A stretch of DNA of 64,000 nt from an uncultured Chloroflexia bacterium (GTDB lineage: Bacteria; Chloroflexota; Limnocylindria; Limnocylindrales; CSP1-4): assembly GCA_963754485.1 (NCBI GenBank), contig CAVWFY010000009.1, forward strand, positions 8,747 to 72,746. The letters run 5' to 3'. The position numbers and the translations under genes are program-made. The notes beneath the pieces are model-generated. The model saw only the letters and a program-made list of their open reading frames with translations, was not told the DNA's origin and ran no database searches. Below are positions 27,026 through 36,671 of the stretch, piece after piece (within the stretch, counting starts at the first letter, position 1; each line of letters begins with the position of its first letter).

Positions 27026-29986
27026 ATGGAACGCCTCCTGCTGCTCGACGGCAACGGGCTCATCTACCGCGGCTACTACGCGCTGATCGATCAGCCCCTG
27101 ACGACATCGAAGGGCGAGCTGGTCACGGCCGTGTTCGGCTTCACGAACATCGTGCTGCGGGCAATCGCGGACGTGCACCCCGACCGCATCGCGGTCGCCT
27201 TCGACCTGGGCAAGCCAACGTTCCGTCACGAGCGGTACGCGGAGTACAAGGCCACCCGGACGCGGATGCCGGACGACATGCGGGAGCAGATCCCTAAGGT
27301 CCGTGACGTGGTGAAGGCCCTGGGCATCCCCGTCTATGAGCGGGAGGGCTTCGAGGCGGACGACGTGATCGCGACGCTCACGGGCCAGGCGGAGGCCGCC
27401 GGCCTCGAGGTGACGATCCTCACCGGCGACCTGGACATGCTCCAGCTGGTCACCGAGCGCACGAGGCTGATGGTCAGCCTCCGCGGCGGGGTCGCCAACA
27501 CCGTGGCCTACGACCTCGCGAAGATCGACGAGCGCTGGGGCCTGCGGCCGGACCAGATGCTGGACTACAAGTCGCTCAAGGGCGACCCGACGGACAACAT
27601 CCCGGGCATCCCGGGAGTCGGGGAGAAGACCGCGTCGAAGCTGATCGCCACGTGGGAGTCGCTCGACACGCTCTACGAGCACATCGGTGACGTGGTGCCC
27701 GAGAAGCTGCGGCCGCTCCTGGCCGACCACCGTGAGACGGTCCTCGAGAGCCGCGAGCTGATGCGCCTCGTCCGCGACGTGGATGTCGTGCTGGACCCGG
27801 AGCGCGGCCGGGTGGGGGAGTACGACCGCGAGGCCGTCGTGCGCATCTTCCGCGAGTTCGAGTTCCGCACGCTCATCGACCGGCTGCCGCCGCTGACCGG
27901 CGAGCGACCCGAGGACGCGGTTGGCGCGATGCGCGATCTGCGCGACGCCGGGTTCCCGGCGGCCCAGGGGCGAGGCGGCGGGCGAGGGGCCGCGCCGGGT
28001 GGCGGCTCGGGCCGCGGAACCGCATCCGTCGATGACGGGTCGCTCCAGCTCTCGATGGACTTCGACGTCGTGTCGGGAGGCGGCTCCGGCACCCCGGCGC
28101 ACGCCGTCGCCGAGACGTCGCCGGCGGTGGAGGCCCGCGCGGAGGCGCTCGCCCAGGCGTCGGGTGACGTGTCGGGGGCGCTCGCCGCCGCGATCGTGGA
28201 CCCCGGTCGCATCGAGACCGCCGACGAGGCGCGCGTGGCGACGCTGGAGCCGTGGCTGCGGGAGCAGGACGCCGTGGGCGTCGCGCTCGTGGTCGACGAC
28301 CCGCGGCCGCTCGCGGGCACTCCGCTGGCACTCGCCGTGGCCGGCGCCGATGGGAGGTCCGTGGCGGCGGAGGGGCCCGCGGCGGCCATCGCGCTGCGGC
28401 ACCTGCTGGAGCGGCTGGGGACGCCGCTCGTGGGCCACGACGTCAAGCCGCTGCTCACTGCTCGTTTCGCCGAGGATCCGGATGCGACTCCGCAGCCGGT
28501 GGCGTTCGACACCCAGGTCGCGGCCTACCTCGTGAACGCCGCCCTGCGCGCCCAGAAGATCGCGGACGTGGTCGCGGAGCGGGTGGACCTCGTCCTGCCG
28601 CCGACGGCCGCCGGGCTGTCCGCGGGCGCCTCCGCCGGCCTCGAGGCCCTGTCGGTGCTGGCGGTCCGTGCATCCCTCGAGCAGTCGCTTCGCGACGAGG
28701 GCGTGGACCGCCTGTTCGCCGAGATCGAGCTGCCGCTGATCCCGATCCTCGCGCGCATGGAGGCCGCGGGGATCGCGCTGGACCAGGACGCGCTGGCTGC
28801 CCTCGAGCGCGAGTTCGCGGCCGAGATCGCGCGCCTCGAGGCCGAGATCTTCGCCGTCGTCGGCCACCAGTTCACCATCGGCAGCCCCAAGCAGCTGGGC
28901 GAGCTGCTGTTCGTGGAGCTGGGCCTGCCGAAGGGCCGCAAGACCAAGACCGGCTACTCGACCGACGCGACCGTTCTCGAGGAGCTGCGCGGGGTCCACC
29001 CGGTCGTGGAGCTGGTGCTGGACTGGCGCACGTACACCAAGCTTCGCTCGACGTACGTGGAGGCGCTGCCGAACCTGATCGGGCCCGACGGACGGCTGCA
29101 CACGCTGTTCCACCAGGCCGTGGCAGCCACCGGGCGCCTGTCCTCGTCGGACCCCAACCTCCAGAACATCCCGATCCGGACCCCGCTCGGCCGCCGGATC
29201 CGGCATGCGTTCGTGGCCGGGTCGCCCGAGACCACGCTGGTCACTGCGGACTACAGCCAGATCGAGCTGCGGATCCTGGCCCACGTGTCGGGCGACGAGC
29301 ACCTGCGCGAGGCGTTCGCGCGCGAGGCCGACATCCACCGTGAGACCGCTGCCCGCGTGCTCCACAAGGAACCCGAAGACGTCACCGGCGACGAGCGGTC
29401 GATGGCCAAGATGGTCAACTTCGGGCTGGCCTATGGCATGAGCGACTTCGGGCTGTCGAGCCGGGCCGGCATCTCGCAGCAGGACGCCCGGGAGTTCATC
29501 ACCGGCTACTTCGCCGCGTACAGCGGGATCAGCCGCTACATGCTCCATATCCGCGAGACGGCGGCGGAGCAGGGGTACGTGGCCACCCTGCTGGGTCGCA
29601 AGCGCCAGATCCCGGAGCTCACGTCGTCCAACCGGGCGCTCAAGGCCGCCGGCGAGCGGATGGCGATCAACATGCCCATCCAGGGGACGGCCGCGGACAT
29701 CGTCAAGATCGCGATGATCCGGACGGACCGGGCGTTGCGCGAGGGCGGGTTCAAGGCTCGTGTCCTGCTGTCCGTGCACGACGAGCTGCTGCTCGAGGTG
29801 CCGCGGGACGAGGTGGACCGCCTGGTGCCGGTCCTGCGCGAGGCGATGGAGGGCGCGCTGCCACTATCGGTGCCCCTCACCGTCGATGCGAAGGTGGGCG
29901 ACTCCTGGGAGGGCATGACGCCGGTCTCGCGCCGGGACGCGGTCCTCGCCGAGGCCGACGAGGTGCCCGCGGGCCTCGAGGCGTAG
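27026..29986 (+). CDS. polA: DNA polymerase I
   Basis: It has a 5'-nuclease domain (LLLDGNGLIYRGYYA...GIPGVGEKTA), a 3'-5' exonuclease-like domain and polymerase motifs A (DYSQIELRILAH), B (RSMAKMVNFGLAYG) and C (SVHDELLLEV). It is intact over 986 aa. Confidence 0.95.
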   Translation: MERLLLLDGNGLIYRGYYALIDQPLTTSKGELVTAVFGFTNIVLRAIADVHPDRIAVAFDLGKPTFRHERYAEYKATRTRMPDDMREQIPKVRDVVKALGIPVYEREGFEADDVIATLTGQAEAAGLEVTILTGDLDMLQLVTERTRLMVSLRGGVANTVAYDLAKIDERWGLRPDQMLDYKSLKGDPTDNIPGIPGVGEKTASKLIATWESLDTLYEHIGDVVPEKLRPLLADHRETVLESRELMRLVRDVDVVLDPERGRVGEYDREAVVRIFREFEFRTLIDRLPPLTGERPEDAVGAMRDLRDAGFPAAQGRGGGRGAAPGGGSGRGTASVDDGSLQLSMDFDVVSGGGSGTPAHAVAETSPAVEARAEALAQASGDVSGALAAAIVDPGRIETADEARVATLEPWLREQDAVGVALVVDDPRPLAGTPLALAVAGADGRSVAAEGPAAAIALRHLLERLGTPLVGHDVKPLLTARFAEDPDATPQPVAFDTQVAAYLVNAALRAQKIADVVAERVDLVLPPTAAGLSAGASAGLEALSVLAVRASLEQSLRDEGVDRLFAEIELPLIPILARMEAAGIALDQDALAALEREFAAEIARLEAEIFAVVGHQFTIGSPKQLGELLFVELGLPKGRKTKTGYSTDATVLEELRGVHPVVELVLDWRTYTKLRSTYVEALPNLIGPDGRLHTLFHQAVAATGRLSSSDPNLQNIPIRTPLGRRIRHAFVAGSPETTLVTADYSQIELRILAHVSGDEHLREAFAREADIHRETAARVLHKEPEDVTGDERSMAKMVNFGLAYGMSDFGLSSRAGISQQDAREFITGYFAAYSGISRYMLHIRETAAEQGYVATLLGRKRQIPELTSSNRALKAAGERMAINMPIQGTAADIVKIAMIRTDRALREGGFKARVLLSVHDELLLEVPRDEVDRLVPVLREAMEGALPLSVPLTVDAKVGDSWEGMTPVSRRDAVLAEADEVPAGLEA

Positions 29987-30106
29987 CGGGTGCCTAGCCC
30001 GCTGGCGCCGCCTGCCAGCGCAGCCTGAGCCCGCCGGTATCACCACGGGTGCTGGATCGGCCCCAGATTGCGAGTCGCCCGCCCAGAAGAACTCGTTGTG
30101 ACTCAA

Positions 30107-30127
30107 TTGATCACGAGCGGTGATCAA
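30107..30127. repeat. perfect inverted repeat TTGATCAC-N5-GTGATCAA
   Basis: It was read directly at 30107-30127, inside a roughly 600-bp lower-GC non-coding stretch downstream of polA. Confidence 0.8.
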
Positions 30128-30600
30128 ACCAGCCGTATCGGGGCTCCGGCACGTCTCTGGGTGCGGGAGTGGCTCGCAGTAGCACCGCCCGTGATGCCAG
30201 CGCTGTCGCCCTCAATCAATCCTGACGGCCGCGCTTGGAGACGATGCGACCATGAGCTTGCGGCGCGATCGGGACCGCGTGCCACGCTTCTCAAGGTGTC
30301 CAGGCAGGTGTTCGACTCGCTGCAGGTCGCCAAGGACCCGCTCACGGAGGGACGTCGCACTCTGGACAGCGCCCGTGGCTGTCGGTGCGCTCCAATCCAA
30401 GTCCTCGTAGCGACTCGCGACCAACGGCCCTTGGCGGGGACCAACCGGCCGAATACCGTCCTCACACCACGGGAGGCGCTGACGCGCGGCCCACGCCTTG
30501 GCCGCTCGGGGTCGCGTCGAGCCACTAGCGAAACCGACCCGTCTGGCGCGCGGCGGCATCCTCACGACGGGGGATGCCCGCTTTGGAGGCGATCGTCACC

Positions 30601-31299
30601 ATGGCCATCGAGACGACGAAGGTCCGGTCCCGGCGCGCCCTTCTCGCGGGCGCCGCGGCGGGGGTGGCCGGTGTGGCGGTGGGCCGCCTTGCGCAGCCAC
30701 TTCCGGCGCAGGCCGCCGACCTTGACCCGGTGATTCTCGGCACCTACCAGTCATCGACCAAGACGACGAGCATCCAGGGCGGGGGCCTTCGCGTCGAGGG
30801 CGGAGAGCTCCCGGCGGCCCTGATCGTTCACGGTGTGAACAACGGCGCGGGCATCCTCGCCAACAGCATGGTCGAGGACGTTGTCACGCCCGACAGCACT
30901 CACGGCTCGGGCACCGGGATCGACGGCCAGAGCGGCACCGGGATCGGCGTCCGCGGCTATGCCGCTGACGGGACTGGGGTGCACGGCATCAGCGACGCAG
31001 GGATCGGCGTGTTGGCCGAGAGTGCCGGTGTGTGTGCCCTTAGCGTCATCGGGAAGGTGGCGTTCAGCAGCGCCGATCGTGGGACCATCATCGCAGGCAG
31101 GTCTCGGGCGACCGTGATGCCCCCCGGTGGCCTCAGTGGATTTGCGCTCGTCCTCGTCACGCTCCAAGGAAACCCGAGCGGCAAGAGGGCGTCAGCGTTC
31201 AGCCACGTGGAGCTCAATCCATCAGCAGGCACGTTCGACGTCGTTCTGACGGGTCCGGCAGCGCGAGCGGTGGACTTCGGGTACTTCGTGATCGGCTGA
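30601..31299 (+). CDS. Tat-signal secreted protein with Gly-rich G-x-G-(I/V) repeats, unknown function
   Basis: GGAGG lies 11 nt upstream of the ATG at 30601. The twin-arginine signal is KVRSRRALLAGAAAGVAGVAV...AQA. The repeated segments read GSGTGIDGQSGTGIGVRGYAADGTGVHGISDAGIGVLAES. Confidence 0.65.
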   Translation: MAIETTKVRSRRALLAGAAAGVAGVAVGRLAQPLPAQAADLDPVILGTYQSSTKTTSIQGGGLRVEGGELPAALIVHGVNNGAGILANSMVEDVVTPDSTHGSGTGIDGQSGTGIGVRGYAADGTGVHGISDAGIGVLAESAGVCALSVIGKVAFSSADRGTIIAGRSRATVMPPGGLSGFALVLVTLQGNPSGKRASAFSHVELNPSAGTFDVVLTGPAARAVDFGYFVIG

Positions 31300-31372
31300 C
31301 GTCGGCGCACGGCGCTGCCGATGCTGAGCATCGCTGGGTGGACGGCCGCGACGAGCGGCGTCGCCCGGCCTC

Positions 31373-32632
31373 TCAGCCAGATCGCTCCGGCGACCGCCCA
31401 CCCTCCCGGGGCGCACCCGTGAGCACCGGGGCGGCCAGGGCGATCGCGACGCCCGCGACCAGCGGGATGGCCAGCGCCGCGGCGAGGCCCCAGATGTCGG
31501 CCGCGGCGCCCACCATGGCCGGCGCGAAGATCAGCCCGATCCGGACCAGCCAGGCGACCAGCGCGACGCCGTGGCCCGCCGGGATCCCGGGCCGCGACCC
31601 CGCCGCGCCGATCATGACGGGGAACATCGGCGATGAGCCCAGGCCGACCGCGCCGAACCCGGCGAAGGCCAGCACCGGCGCGGCCAGTGGTGCCGCGACG
31701 ATCGCGAGGACCAGCCCCGTGGACGCGATGACCGCCCCGGCACGCACGACGGCCGTGCTGCCCCAGCGGTCGACCCACCGGTCGTTGGTGAGGCGGCCCA
31801 GGACCATCGCGCCCATGTAGACCACGAACGCCGACGCCGCGATGCCGGCCGGCTGCCCGAGGACCTCGGCCAGGTACACGGCGCTCCAGGTGGCCGCGGA
31901 ACCCTGGATCGTCACGCACAGGATGCCCAGCAGGGCGATGGGGAGCAGGACCCGCAGCAGCCGGGGCGCGCTTCGGAGGTGGATGGTCTCGTCGCCCGCG
32001 GTGTCGTGGGGCGCGTCGGCGACGCTCGCGGGGAGCAACCAGCGGCTCGCCACGAGCACGATCACAGCCGTCACCACGGCCGCCGCAGCCAGGCTGATCG
32101 AGACCGGCACGCCGGCCCCCGCCGCGATCGCGCCAACGGCCGCGGCCGCCAGGCTGCCGACGCTCCACATACCGTGGAAGCCCTGCAGGATCGACCGTCC
32201 GTACTGCCGCTGCAGGCCGATGCCGTGCGCGTTCATCGATGCGTCCATCGTCGCGTCGAACATGCCCAGCACCAGCATCGCGAGTGCCAGCGTGAGCCAC
32301 GAGGTCGCCAGGCCCACCGTCACCAGCGTCGCTGCCGCAAGCAGGCCCGCGATGGTCGCGACGCGGCCACTCCCGAACCGCGCGATCAGCAGGCCCACGA
32401 GGCCCCCCGCGATCAGGCCGCCAACCGGCATCGCTGCCACGGCCGCACCCAGCTCACCGTTGGACAGGCCGAGGTTGTCCTTGATGGACGGGAGACGGGG
32501 CAGGATCGATGCAGACATCACGCCGTTCGCGACGAACAGCGCGCTCACGGCAATCCGGGCGGCACGGGCGCGGACGGTCGTGATCGCGGGCACGAAGGCG
32601 GGTGCGAGGGCGGGCGAGACAGCGGATGTCAT
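31373..32632 (-). CDS. MFS transporter
   Basis: Twelve hydrophobic segments are present. The start is assigned to the ATG at 32632 (MTSAVSPALAP...); the ORF-track start at 32908 adds an Arg/Pro-rich non-membrane leader that overlaps mutM. Confidence 0.75.
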   Translation of the reverse strand: MTSAVSPALAPAFVPAITTVRARAARIAVSALFVANGVMSASILPRLPSIKDNLGLSNGELGAAVAAMPVGGLIAGGLVGLLIARFGSGRVATIAGLLAAATLVTVGLATSWLTLALAMLVLGMFDATMDASMNAHGIGLQRQYGRSILQGFHGMWSVGSLAAAAVGAIAAGAGVPVSISLAAAAVVTAVIVLVASRWLLPASVADAPHDTAGDETIHLRSAPRLLRVLLPIALLGILCVTIQGSAATWSAVYLAEVLGQPAGIAASAFVVYMGAMVLGRLTNDRWVDRWGSTAVVRAGAVIASTGLVLAIVAAPLAAPVLAFAGFGAVGLGSSPMFPVMIGAAGSRPGIPAGHGVALVAWLVRIGLIFAPAMVGAAADIWGLAAALAIPLVAGVAIALAAPVLTGAPREGGRSPERSG

Positions 32633-32714
32633 GGGCTCCGCTATGGTGCCTGAGGCCGGCTGGTCGCGCGGGCGGGGGCGCGTCGGCGGCGAACGTGTCC
32701 TATCGTCTCCGGCG

Positions 32715-33782
32715 ATGCCTGAGCTACCCGAGGTCGAGACCGTTGCCCGCGACCTCCGGCGCCACCTGCTGCCCGATGGCGCGGGACCCGGACCGGGGAT
32801 CTCCGGCGCGCGCGTCTCCTGGCCTCGGACGCTGCGTGACGAGGACCCGGCGGGGTTCATCGCCGGGGTGACCGGCCGGCGCATCGAGGCCGTGGGGCGC
32901 CGCGGCAAGAACGTGCTGATCGACCTGGACGGCGGCGCCTTCCTGACCGTCCACCTGAAGATGACCGGGCAGCTGTTCGTGGTGCCGGCGGCGGTCCCCG
33001 TCGATCCCTACGAGCGCGCCGCCCTCGTGCTCGACGACGGCCGTGAGATCCGCTTCCGGGACGTCCGCAAGTTCGGGCGGATCGGGCTGTACGCGGCGGA
33101 CGACGATCCCTTCGACGACCTGGGCCCCGAGCCGCTCGACCCGCGCTTCACGCTGCGCGCCTGGCGGGCGCGACTCCGGGGCCGGCGCGCCCGCCTCAAG
33201 CCACTGCTCGTGGACCAGTCGTTCGTCGTGGGCATCGGGAACATCTACGCCGACGAGGCGCTCTGGCGCTCGAGGCTGCACCCGCTCCGGTCCGCCGCGT
33301 CGCTGCGTCCGGGGGACGAGCGCGCGCTCTACCGCAACGTGCTTGCGATCCTGGGTGAGGCGGTCGATCGGCGCGGCAGTTCGATCGACGACTACACCGC
33401 ACCCGACGGCGACGGCGAGATGCAGGAGCGGCTCGACGTCTACCAGCGCACCGGGCTGCCGTGCCCGCGCTGCGGCCGGCCCATCCGGCGGATCGTGATC
33501 GGCATCCGGGCGACGCACTTCTGCTCGTTCTGCCAGCGGCTCCCCGCTGCGGAGCGCCCGGCGGCCGCGAAGCTGCTGGCGACGATGACCCCGCGGCCGG
33601 GGCGGGTCGCGTCCGGCCGGAGGGGCCGACGGTGGGTGGAGCTGGACGGCGAGGGCTCGCTCGGGAGGACGACCGACGAGGCCGTCGTGGCCCGCGAACG
33701 GTCGTCGCGGACGAAGGCAGCGGCCGCCGCCCGGCGGGCCGCGGCGAGGGCCGGGACGGCGCAGGCCGCAGGGGCGGGATAG
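32715..33782 (+). CDS. mutM: formamidopyrimidine-DNA glycosylase with basic C-terminal tail
   Basis: It has the N-terminal catalytic MPELPEVE, H2TH (GIGNIYADEALWRSRLHP) and a zinc finger CPRCG...FCSFCQ. A tail of about 75 extra residues follows the zinc finger. Confidence 0.9.
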   Translation: MPELPEVETVARDLRRHLLPDGAGPGPGISGARVSWPRTLRDEDPAGFIAGVTGRRIEAVGRRGKNVLIDLDGGAFLTVHLKMTGQLFVVPAAVPVDPYERAALVLDDGREIRFRDVRKFGRIGLYAADDDPFDDLGPEPLDPRFTLRAWRARLRGRRARLKPLLVDQSFVVGIGNIYADEALWRSRLHPLRSAASLRPGDERALYRNVLAILGEAVDRRGSSIDDYTAPDGDGEMQERLDVYQRTGLPCPRCGRPIRRIVIGIRATHFCSFCQRLPAAERPAAAKLLATMTPRPGRVASGRRGRRWVELDGEGSLGRTTDEAVVARERSSRTKAAAAARRAAARAGTAQAAGAG

Positions 33783-33810
33783 GCACCGAGCCGGGCTCGG
33801 GGGCGACCAA

Positions 33811-35909
33811 GTGAGCCTGGTCCGCCTGGAGGGCGTCGTCCGGGAGATCGGCACCTTCGTCATCCTGGACCGGATCGACGCCGCCATCGCCGTGGGCGAG
33901 CGCGTGGGCCTCGTCGGGCCCAACGGCGCCGGCAAGACGACGCTGCTCCGGATCGCGTCCGGGCGCGACGAGGCCGATCGCGGCACGGTCACGCGCCGCC
34001 GTCACCTGTCCCTCGGGCTGCTCAGCCAGGAGGCGCACTTCGACGAGGCCTTCATGGCCGCCCCGGACCTGCGGGCCGCGGTCAGGCATGGCGCTGCGCA
34101 CCTCGAGAAGATGGCCGCGGAGCTCGAGCACCTGGAGCACGGGGGCCATGCCGGCGGCAACAGGTACGCGGATCTCCAGCATCGATTCGAGGTCCTGGGC
34201 GGCTACACGCTCGACCAGCGGGTGGACGAGGCGCTGTCGGGCCTTGGCTTCGCCCGCGACGAGTGGCTGCGCCCGCCGACGGCGCTGTCGGGCGGCCAGC
34301 AGACCCGCGCCGCCCTCGCGCGCCTGGTGGTCGCGGACCCGGACCTGCTGCTGCTCGACGAGCCCACGAACCACCTCGACATCAACGCCATCGAGTGGCT
34401 GGAGGAGCACCTCCGCCGGCGATCGGGGCGCTGCTCGTCGCGTCGCACGACCGTGCGTTCCTGGACGCGACCGTGACCCGCGTCTGGGAGCTGCGGGACC
34501 GCCGCCTGACCGTGTTCCGTGGCGACTACTCCTCGTACCACCGCCAGCGCGTGGAGCGCGACCTGCGCGCCGAAAAGGACGCCGAGTCCCAGTCGGACGC
34601 CATGGAGCGCGAGGTTGAGCTGGTCCAGCGCTACCGGAGTCAGCGCAAGCACACCAAGATGCACGAGCACGAGGCCCGCCTCGAGAAGCTCAAGGCGGAC
34701 AGGATCGAGGCGCCGCGCAAGTCCTCCCGAACGCTGCGGCTCCACGGACACTCGATCGCGGGCGGTCCCGTTCGGTCCGGCGAGCTCGTCGTGCGCATGG
34801 ACGACATGGCGGTGGGCTACCTGCCGGGCCGCGGGGCCCTCAACCCGGATGGTTCCGAGGCGCCGGAGCCCGTGACGGTCGCCAGGGCCCCGTTCCTGGC
34901 TGCCCAGCGCGGTGAGCGGATCGGCATCGTGGGTCCCAACGGTGCCGGCAAGACGACCCTGCTGCGGACGATCGCGGGCGACCTGCCGCCGCTCGACGGG
35001 ATGATCGTCTTCGGGCACCAGGTCCAGCCGGGCTACCTCGCCCAGCTGCGGGACGCGGCGATCCCCGGCGCCACGGTGCTGGACGCGATCATCGAGGCCA
35101 TCCCGGTCACGCCAGGCGAGGCGCGGGGGTACCTCGCCCGGTTCCTGTTCCGCGGCGACGACGTGTTCAAGGAGGTCCGGGCGCTCTCGGGCGGCGAGCG
35201 GTCGCGCCTCGAGCTCGCGCTGCTCGGCATCCTGCCCGCAAACCTGCTGCTCCTCGACGAGCCGACGAACCACCTGGACATCGCGGCCCGCGAGGCGATC
35301 GAGGCCTTCTTTGCCGAGACGCCCGGGACGCTGCTCGTGGTCTCGCACGATCGCCGGCTCCTGGAGACGATCTGCGAGCGGCTGTGGGTGGTCGACGAGG
35401 GAATGGCGGTGCCGTTCGACGGTGGCTACCGGGCCTGGCGCCAGGCGGTGGCGGACGGCTGGACCGTGGCCGCCGAGGCGAGCCGGCGCCAGAACCGCCT
35501 CCGACCCGGGGCACCGGGCCATCCCGGCTCGCACCCGGGAGCGGCTCCGGCCCCCACCGGTCGCAAGGGCGCCGTGACCACGACGGTGCAGGCCGCGGGC
35601 ACGAAGACCGCCTCGGGTACGAAGACGGCTGTCGGCACGGCGACGACACCGACGGCGCCCCCCGCCGACCGGCCGAAGCGGCGCCCGAAGCTGTCCAAGG
35701 AGGCCTACCGGCGCCGCCGCGAGGCGGTCGACACGGAGCTGGCGCGCCTCGGCCTGCGCAAGAGCCAGCTGGAGCTGGCGATGGGCACACCGTCGATCGC
35801 CGCCAACTTCGTGGAGATGCGCCGTGTGACGAGCGAGCTGGCGGACGTGGACCGGGCGCTCGCCGAGGCGGAGGATGCGTGGCTCGAGCTCGAGGAGGTG
35901 GCCCCGTGA
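33811..35909 (+). CDS. ABC-F family ATPase (Uup/EttA-like), reading frame broken once
   Basis: It has two ABC cassettes (GPNGAGKTTLLR twice, LSGGQQTRAAL / LSGGERSRLEL, LLLLDEPTNHLD twice) and a C-terminal coiled-coil tail. The frame changes at about 34420-34428 (...EEHLRRR / GALLVASHDRAFL...). Confidence 0.85.
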
Positions 35910-36527
35910 GGACCGTGGCGCGGACCATCCGGATCGGCGTCATCGGGCCCATCGGCTGCGGCAAGTCGCAGGTCGGCCGGTGGCTGGCGGAGCGTGGCGC
36001 CCGGGTCGTGGACGCGGACCGCGTGGCACGCGAGGTCACGGCCCCGGGAACGCCGGTCCACGCGGCAATCCTGGGTCGGTTCGGGGCCTCCGTCACCGCC
36101 GCCGACGGCACCCTGGACCGGGCGGCCCTCGGCCGGCTGGTGTTCGCGGACCCGGCAGCGCTGCGGGATCTCGAGGCGCTGGTGCACCCGGCGGTCCGGC
36201 CGCGGATCCTCGACCTGATCGCTGCCGCGGAGGCCGACACGGCCCCGGCCGTGGTGATCGAGGCGATCAAGCTCGTCGAAGGCGGGCTCGCACAGCTGTG
36301 CGACGAGGTGTGGCTCGTGACCTGCGACCCGGCAGTGCAGCGCGCGCGGCTCCTGGCGCGAGGGACGCCCGGCCCCGAAGACAGACCAGCGGATCGCCGC
36401 GCAGGAGGGGATGACCGAGCGGCTCCGGCCGTCCGCGACCCGCGTGCTGGACACGTCCGGCGGGGTGGGGGAGACCCGGCGAGCCGTGGAGGCGGCGTTC
36501 GGGGCCGCGCTGGCCGCCACAGGCTGA
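35906..36527 (+). CDS. coaE: dephospho-CoA kinase, reading frame broken once
   Basis: The GTG start is in a GTGA overlap with the ABC-F stop. It has the P-loop IGVIGPIGCGKSQV. The C-terminal part (QRIAAQEGMTERLRPSATRVLDTSGG...) continues in the +1 frame from about 36387 to the TGA at 36525-36527. Confidence 0.85.
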
Positions 36528-36671
36528 GCAGGAGGCCGCCCGGCCGGGCGGGCGGGCTCGGCCGGGCGGCTGGGAGGCGCGCCGGGTCAGCGACGCGCGT
36601 AGGAGAGGGAGCGGACCGGCGGCGCCTGGCAGGATCGGGCCGTGCCTACCCGCCCGCGGGACCCCGGACGC

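Noticed and set aside
25703-29779. 1358-aa minus-strand ORF spanning the whole of polA
   Set aside because: Only its last 228 codons (25703-26389) form a real gene, the response regulator. The rest is antisense to polA and has an Arg/Gly/Pro-dominated composition typical of shadow ORFs in GC-rich DNA.
30068-30733. 221-aa plus-strand ORF and the 133-aa and 117-aa minus-strand ORFs in the polA-downstream gap
   Set aside because: None has protein-like composition or motifs. The plus-strand ORF runs out of frame into the Tat-signal gene, whose own start has an SD sequence.
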